This document shows positions 9,256-14,360 of a stretch of DNA of 32,000 nucleotides, one piece after another (positions within the stretch are counted from its first letter, which is position 1; each line of letters opens with the position of its first letter). The DNA comes from Moraxella nasovis (GTDB taxonomy: Bacteria > Pseudomonadota > Gammaproteobacteria > Pseudomonadales > Moraxellaceae), in assembly GCF_022701215.1 (NCBI RefSeq), contig NZ_CP089976.1:1050001-1082000 (forward strand). Direction: 5' to 3'. A program made the translations under genes and the position numbers. The notes under the pieces were generated by a model that saw only the letters and a program-made list of their open reading frames with translations, did not search any database and was not told where the DNA came from.

Positions 9256-9366
9256 ATGAAAAGTCAAGTTAAATTAATTGCCAAACAACTACCTGTTGCT
9301 CAAAAAGCAAATGCTGGTAAAATGGAGAGAAAAAAAGCTAAGGCTGCTGCGTGTATGTTTGAGTGA
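9256..9366 (+). CDS. 36-aa Lys/Ala-rich peptide MKSQVKLIAKQLPVAQKANAGKMERKKAKAAACMFE (candidate precursor peptide; not in the ORF track)
   Basis: I translated this by hand. ATG at 9256 is preceded by ATAAGGATTTT (AAGGA 7 nt upstream), and almost the same ATAAGGATTTT string precedes the next gene. It stops at TGA 9364-9366 and a terminator hairpin follows 28 nt later. Confidence 0.5.
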   Translation: MKSQVKLIAKQLPVAQKANAGKMERKKAKAAACMFE

Positions 9367-9394
9367 TTTTTCTCAATAAGTAGTTTAGTGTAAG

Positions 9395-9427
9395 GCAATA
9401 AGAATTTTAATGTTCTTATTGCTTTTT
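9395..9427 (+). terminator. Intrinsic terminator/attenuator between the small ORF and the downstream genes
   Basis: GCAATAAGAA (9395-9404), an 8-nt loop, then TTCTTATTGC (9413-9422) and TTTTT (9423-9427). The stem is a perfect 10 bp. Confidence 0.65.
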
Positions 9428-9452
9428 GGATTTAACACATAAGGATTTTCAT

Positions 9453-9866
9453 ATGGTTATTGATGCATCAATTCAGGATTATATAGAATGTTTGGATTTT
9501 TATTGGATTAAGAAAAAACTACTGTCTTTAAGTGCTGATGGAGATTCCAAAAATTGGACTTTGGAGGGCGTGGAAGATGCAATACGCCAATATAAAAATT
9601 TTATGATATTAATGAAAATTTATGATGGAACAAGTGAAAAAATAGTGCCTTCTGTTGAAGTTGATGTTATTTGGCATAATCATATTTTAGATACCAAAGC
9701 CTATTTTAAAGATTGTGAAGTGATATATGGTAGATATATGCACCATTTTCCTTATTTTGGAATAAGAAGCAAGGAAGATTATCAAGATTTAAATCAGTCT
9801 TTTGATAGAACTCAGGAGTTATATTTCCAGCATTTTGGTGAATATATGTATGAAATTGATTTCTGA
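9453..9866 (+). CDS. Stand-alone GRDP-like (DUF1399) domain protein, about 137 aa
   Basis: AIRQYKNFMILMK...VPSVEVDVIWHNHILDTKAYFKDCEVIYGRYMHHFPYFG follows my recollection of the plant GRDP N-terminal domain pattern (AI.RYK...VP.D.EWIWHCHRLNP.RY..DCE..YGR). ATG at 9453 follows AAGGATTTTCAT; the track start at 9426 is a TTG inside the terminator T-tract. Confidence 0.7.
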   Translation: MVIDASIQDYIECLDFYWIKKKLLSLSADGDSKNWTLEGVEDAIRQYKNFMILMKIYDGTSEKIVPSVEVDVIWHNHILDTKAYFKDCEVIYGRYMHHFPYFGIRSKEDYQDLNQSFDRTQELYFQHFGEYMYEIDF

Positions 9867-11202
9867 TTTTTCTTTTTCTTGGAAAGATGAATTAAAACTC
9901 ACATCGGCATTTATCATTAATCGCTTGATGCCGATACTTGTTTTTTTTACTGCTTTTATTTTGGTATTAAATAAAGCTGAACCAAATCAGATTGATGAGT
10001 ATTCCATATATTCGTCCGTTTATAATAGTGCATTAGCTTTTGGTTTGGGTATGACATCTGGAATTCGTTTTTATAGCACTTATTATGCTTATCAGCGATT
10101 GTCTTTACTTCTTGTTAGTTTTGCTTTGTTTTTGGGTATTTTGATTTTTGGTGGATTTTTGATTTATACCAATAATTTTTTGCCAAGTAGTTTGCAAAAT
10201 AATACAGTTGCTTTGATGTTTGCATTGTTATTTCCTGTTGTATTCTGTTATGAATTTTTGGTTATTTTGGGTGAAAGTAAAAAAGCGGTCAAGGCAAGCA
10301 GTATTTCTAATTTAATTGCACTACCTATCTTTTTGATGGTGTTTTTTGTGATATTATGGGTGCTGCCCAATCAGCTGACTACTGTTGAGTTGGTTAGTAT
10401 GTCGCAACTTATCACAGAATGCCTACTTTTAACTGTGCTAATGGTTTATATACGAAAATTTGCTATAATTGATGATTGTCAGAATAATGGTAAGGGTGGT
10501 ATTGTCAATCAAGTGCCTATGCAAGCAGGTAATTTTTATATTATCAAAAGTATAGTTGTTTTTAGTTTTCCCATTATTGTTTTGCAGTTTTTAAAAAGAG
10601 TGGCTCAGAGTCAGTCATTGCTTTTTGTGAGCGATGTTACAAATTCGGTTGGTATTCTACAAACGTTATTTATGCTTGCTGTTTTATTCTCTGTTTTTGC
10701 AGCCGCATTTGCTAATAATGGTTTTGTGGTTTTAGCAAAAGAGTACCAGTCATGGAAAATTTCATCTTGGTGTTTAGTAAGGTCTTATTTTTTATATAAT
10801 GCTATTTTATTGGTTTTTACCTCTTTGTTATTGTTGTTTTTTATATTCTTATTAAACGTCTGCGATATTTACGATATTAAAAATCAGCCTTTTGTTAATT
10901 TTTTAAGGCATAATAATGCTTTAATATTTATTTTCTTATTGTCTGACATGGTATTTTGGTCTTTGCTTATGTATGTGCGTGCATTAGGCGATAGTTGGCG
11001 TATGCAGACGGTTTGGATTGTGGTGTTGGGCGTATTATTAGGTGTGGGGTTATTTTTATTTGATGTTAATTTGCCTTTAATCATCACGATATTTTTATTG
11101 GCAAATGTGATTAGTAGTTTGTTTTCTCTTTATTGGATTTATCGGCATATTGATTTAAAAATAAAAGCAATGTCTTTTAAACCTAAATTTAATTCTCCCT
11201 AA
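9850..11202 (+). CDS. Polytopic (about 12-14 TM) membrane protein, MOP/MATE/Wzx-like exporter topology
   Basis: 450 aa, almost entirely hydrophobic helices separated by short loops. ATG at 9850 overlaps the end of the DUF1399 gene by 17 nt, suggesting translational coupling. The gene is very AT-rich. Family assignment rests on topology only. Confidence 0.7.
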   Translation: MKLISDFSFSWKDELKLTSAFIINRLMPILVFFTAFILVLNKAEPNQIDEYSIYSSVYNSALAFGLGMTSGIRFYSTYYAYQRLSLLLVSFALFLGILIFGGFLIYTNNFLPSSLQNNTVALMFALLFPVVFCYEFLVILGESKKAVKASSISNLIALPIFLMVFFVILWVLPNQLTTVELVSMSQLITECLLLTVLMVYIRKFAIIDDCQNNGKGGIVNQVPMQAGNFYIIKSIVVFSFPIIVLQFLKRVAQSQSLLFVSDVTNSVGILQTLFMLAVLFSVFAAAFANNGFVVLAKEYQSWKISSWCLVRSYFLYNAILLVFTSLLLLFFIFLLNVCDIYDIKNQPFVNFLRHNNALIFIFLLSDMVFWSLLMYVRALGDSWRMQTVWIVVLGVLLGVGLFLFDVNLPLIITIFLLANVISSLFSLYWIYRHIDLKIKAMSFKPKFNSP

Positions 11203-11939
11203 ATCTCCACCGCCACCACCGAGCAGTCATCACGTCCACGCCGTTTTTTCAGATTATGAAGCATGATGGCAAGGCGGTCGGTCAGCGTGGACTGGCTGTG
11301 CCACATGAGCGTCAGCTCGTCCATGCTAAATTCATCCGTCAAGCCGTCTGTACAGATGAGTAAAGTTTGCCCTTGTGTGAGCGTGTGCGTGGCGTGGTGG
11401 ATTTTAAAGTCGTACTCATTAGGGTCAGCGATGAGACACTCCGCCAAACCGCCATACATCTTAGCATATTCCACACCGTCTTTGATGTCATCATGGAGTA
11501 GCTCGTTTAGTATCGTGTGGTCGTGGCTTAATTTGTGCCACACGCCATCATCAATCACAAACACCGAGCTGTCCCCCACATTAAAAATTAGGCACGCTCC
11601 TGTTTCATCAATCACCGCTCCTGCGATGGTCGTTGCCGACCCCAAAGCGGTGGGGGCGATGTGATTGCAAAATTTATCAAAATACTCATCAAAAAACGCC
11701 CGAGTTCCCACCGCTACCGCAGGCGTGCTTGCAATGGCATTTAACCAAAAACGGCTTGCCAAATGGCTTTTTGGGCTAGATGACACACCGTCCGCCACCG
11801 CCACACAAAAGGGCATAGCAGGTGTGGGAACGGTTTTGGTGTGGTGCAAGGCGACATGGCGAACACTTGTACCGTCAAATAGTGCATCTTGATTGACCGC
11901 TTTGCCGTCTGCTTTGATTTGAAAATAGGCGATGAGCAT
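11199..11939 (-). CDS. PP2C-family Ser/Thr protein phosphatase (246 aa)
   Basis: PP2C motifs appear in order: AVADGVSSS, NVGDSSVFV, ICTDGLTDE, and RDDCSVVAVEI at the C-terminus. ATG at 11939 is preceded by ACAGGAAAAGCC. The track start at 12008 is a TTG upstream of a hairpin. Confidence 0.8.
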   Translation of the reverse strand: MLIAYFQIKADGKAVNQDALFDGTSVRHVALHHTKTVPTPAMPFCVAVADGVSSSPKSHLASRFWLNAIASTPAVAVGTRAFFDEYFDKFCNHIAPTALGSATTIAGAVIDETGACLIFNVGDSSVFVIDDGVWHKLSHDHTILNELLHDDIKDGVEYAKMYGGLAECLIADPNEYDFKIHHATHTLTQGQTLLICTDGLTDEFSMDELTLMWHSQSTLTDRLAIMLHNLKKRRGRDDCSVVAVEI

Positions 11940-11970
11940 GGCTTTTCCTGTTAAATTACCGAAAATCAAA

Positions 11971-11997
11971 ATGGGGCAATATCGCCCCATTTTTTTT
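11971..11997. terminator. Hairpin with flanking A/T runs between the middle gene and the PP2C gene (bidirectional terminator/attenuator-like)
   Basis: ATGGGGC-AATATC-GCCCCAT followed by TTTTTTT on the plus strand. On the minus strand the same stem is followed by TTTGATTTT. Confidence 0.5.
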
Positions 11998-12010
11998 AAA
12001 TCACACAAAT

Positions 12011-12484
12011 TTAAACACTTAAAGGCAATCCACGAGCCTTGCGGTTTTCAGCAACTTTGGCGTACCAATCTTTGATGACTTTGGTGGTTTCGGCATCATC
12101 GCTGGCACAGCGGTTTAATGTCCCTGGGCGCTGTGGACATTCACGCACGTCTGTACCGTCAATTTCCCAATCCAGCACACGCACAGGACGGCGATTTTTT
12201 ATCCATTCGGTGCGTTCGTCGTTATCGTCGTTGATAAAGTACGCACCGCCAATAACTTGCACAAGGGCGACAAAGGTTGCACCTTGGCGAATGGCGATGA
12301 TATCATTGACTTTGATGTCGTTTTTAAACATGTCAATTTGCTCTGCTCCGCCATCCCATTCGCCCAAGCCAATAAAACCGTGATGTTCTAGGATATAGGG
12401 AATGTGCTTGGCAAAATCGTACATTTCACCGGTGGGGTGCATTTGCATATGCCAAAAGTTGTTGGGGGTAAAGGTGTTGTTCAT
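12011..12484 (-). CDS. Hypothetical 157-aa protein, family not recognised (possibly a PUA/EVE-like small beta-barrel)
   Basis: ATG at 12484 is preceded by AAGGAG with a 6-nt spacer. It begins MNNTFTPNNFWHMQMHP...GFIGLGEW...VNDIIAIRQGATFVALVQVIG. The fold suggestion is only a pattern impression. Confidence 0.65.
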   Translation of the reverse strand: MNNTFTPNNFWHMQMHPTGEMYDFAKHIPYILEHHGFIGLGEWDGGAEQIDMFKNDIKVNDIIAIRQGATFVALVQVIGGAYFINDDNDERTEWIKNRRPVRVLDWEIDGTDVRECPQRPGTLNRCASDDAETTKVIKDWYAKVAENRKARGLPLSV

Positions 12485-12509
12485 GATAAACTCCTTAGGT
12501 ATCAATGAG

Positions 12510-13034
12510 TTAGGTGTTAATGGTAATGCTGATTTGACTTTCATCTATGCCAAGTGTCAAAGCAAGTCTGCGTTTGGCTTCGGGAATGGTTAAAGGTTCA
12601 TTAGAAACTGATGTGATTTCGGTTGGCGTTTGGGATAGCATGGTTGGCACAACTTGATGAAACTCTAACGTATTCACATCAATGCCAAAATCTTGCAAGG
12701 TGTAATACGCCACAGGATTGGCATTACCCTTGATTTTTTCTCCATTAACTGTTGATATACTAATCTCTGCATATTCGCTGATGTGGACTTCATTGCGTTC
12801 ACCATAGGTATGGTTGGGTTTGATGTCGCTGATTTTACCAATTAAAAAAGCGGTATGAGATGGTGCTTCGGGCTTCCCCCATTCGCCGATTAACTGTACA
12901 CAAATCAAGTATTGACAGCGTTTGGCACGATTTTTATTAAACCGCCAGTTGCCACTATACCCTTTTGCTAAAATTTCGCCTTTACCTTGATAAGTAAAAA
13001 CCACCAAACATTCTTGATTAACAGTATTCACCAT
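12510..13034 (-). CDS. Hypothetical about 174-aa protein, family not recognised
   Basis: First gene of the minus-strand operon. GGAG lies just upstream of ATG 13034 (GTG 13031 is an alternative start). The N-terminal about 125 aa look beta-rich, followed by a Thr/Ser/Pro linker and the C-terminal tail PLTIPEAKRRLALTLGIDESQISITINT. Confidence 0.65.
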   Translation of the reverse strand: MVNTVNQECLVVFTYQGKGEILAKGYSGNWRFNKNRAKRCQYLICVQLIGEWGKPEAPSHTAFLIGKISDIKPNHTYGERNEVHISEYAEISISTVNGEKIKGNANPVAYYTLQDFGIDVNTLEFHQVVPTMLSQTPTEITSVSNEPLTIPEAKRRLALTLGIDESQISITINT

Positions 13035-13057
13035 ATACTCCAATTAACTGTTAATAT

Positions 13058-13086
13058 ATGATAATGTATGGCATGATATTTTGCAA
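13058..13086 (-). promoter_or_regulatory. Sigma70-like promoter for the three-gene operon
   Basis: Minus strand reads TTGCAA (13086-13081), a 17-nt spacer, then TATCAT (13063-13058), about 25 nt upstream of the start codon. Confidence 0.45.
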
Positions 13087-13097
13087 GCATATATGAG

Positions 13098-13715
13098 TTA
13101 AAATTTTAAGAGTTTTTTTTTAAAATTTTTGATTTTTATATCAATTTTAATCCCCCCCCTATCCCCCCAACCTGCCCACCAGCCAAACACAACATTAACG
13201 CACATTAGAGCGAACAGCACTTGCAAGGACAGCTCCCAAGTCCCTGTTTTTTCAAATAATTTCCCCAAAGTCAGCGGACCAAAAAACGCCACGCCATAGC
13301 CCACCGCCTGCACCATGCCCGACAAATCCCAAGCGGTCTCTGTGCTTGTTGTGCGGATAGAAAATAGCATGAGCGACAGCGTAAAAATCCCCGTCGCCCC
13401 AAAGCCCAAAAGTGCCGACCACACCACAAGATGATTAGGTAGCCATAGCACACCGCCCACGCCCACAGCATTGGCGATACTGCACGCCAAGGCGATGAGC
13501 CGAATGGGGAAATTTCGTTTAATAAAAAAGGTCAGCAAAAATATTGCCACAGGGGCAGTCAGCTGAAACACGAGTGCCAAAAGTCCATCTTGATACTCAC
13601 TTAGCCCATAGCCCATGCCGATGGACGGCAAAAAACTGGCAACAGTATAAAACAATAACGACTGTATACCCATATATACGCCCATGTACCACGCATTTGG
13701 GTTTTGCCAAGGGTT
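13098..13715 (-). pseudogene. Remnant: C-terminal six-TM half of a CynX/YeaN-like MFS transporter
   Basis: From NPWQNPNAWYMGVYMGIQSLLFYTVASFLPSI onward it resembles the second half of CynX-type MFS proteins. No N-terminal half is present. The upstream part of the ORF is Pro/Ser-rich read-through overlapping the cobW remnant, and the 3' tail runs through a G8 tract. Confidence 0.5.
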
Positions 13716-14345
13716 AAAGGGGCTTGGGCTGTGGGTAGCGCTGGGTTTTGGTGGTGAGATGGGCGATGTGGCTTGTTTTGCCATCATCGATGACGATGGT
13801 GGCGGTAGGATTGATGGTGTGTATCCATTCATATAGATGAGCCAATTCATCGCCACTTAGCATATCTGTGCGATTGATGGCGATGATGTCAGCGTATTTG
13901 GCGTGCACTTGATAGCCGTCATGATTGCGATAGCGTTCTTGTTGCCATTGGGCGGCATTTAGCACACAAATCACCGCCTGCAAGTCAAGACTGCTCTGAT
14001 AGTGGCTTTCACTAAGCTTGGCAATCAGCTCATTAGGGTGGGCAAGCCCTGTCGGCTCGATGATAAGGCGTGCGGGGCGGTGGTCTGCGAGCAGTCGCAC
14101 CAAGGCAATTTGGAGTGGTAATTGACTGGTGCAACAGATACAGCCGCCGCTGACTTCCTTGATGGCGACATCATTGGCGGTGAATAATTTGCCATCAATG
14201 CCAATTTTGCCAAATTCATTCACCAAAATCGCCCATTTCTCATCTGATTTATGGGCGAGTAAGGCGTTGATGAAAGTGGTCTTGCCAGTACCCAAAAAAA
14301 ACCTGTAATCAGCGTGTTGGGCGTGCAGATTGATGAGTGTTAAAA
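13714..14345 (-). pseudogene. Remnant of a CobW/G3E-family GTPase (zinc-chaperone-like) gene, frameshifted and 3'-truncated
   Basis: It has the P-loop LGTGKTTFINALL, the CICC metal motif (GGCICCTS) and a switch region. Upstream codons ...NTLITGFF sit in a different frame across an 8-nt homopolymer (14294-14301). There is no canonical start codon upstream, and the C-terminal CobW_C domain is absent. Confidence 0.65.
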
Positions 14346-14360
14346 TTGATGAGTGTTAAA
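14329..14360. repeat. Perfect 16-bp tandem duplication (ATTGATGAGTGTTAAA x2)
   Basis: Read directly: 14329-14344 equals 14345-14360. The second copy contains the stop codon of the lipoprotein gene. Confidence 0.95.

Noticed and set aside
9033-9257. 74-aa minus-strand ORF in the AT-rich leader
   Set aside because: It lies across the terminator, promoter and palindrome. Its translation is low-complexity Asn/Ile/Lys/Phe, as expected from about 20% G+C DNA, and it has no RBS.
11263-11892. 133-aa and 75-aa plus-strand ORFs
   Set aside because: Both are antisense to the PP2C gene, whose motifs are unambiguous. Their Ser/Val/Cys-rich translations are typical of shadow frames.
12039-12383. 114-aa plus-strand ORF
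   Set aside because: It is antisense to the 157-aa gene, which has a strong AAGGAG RBS. The plus-strand ORF has no start context of its own.
9075-13150. Possible att-like direct repeats flanking the accessory region (AAAATTTTGA-type strings near 9140-9156 and 13121-13138)
   Set aside because: The similarity is short, imperfect and made of low-complexity A/T sequence. It is indistinguishable from chance in DNA this AT-rich, and there is no integrase to use such sites.
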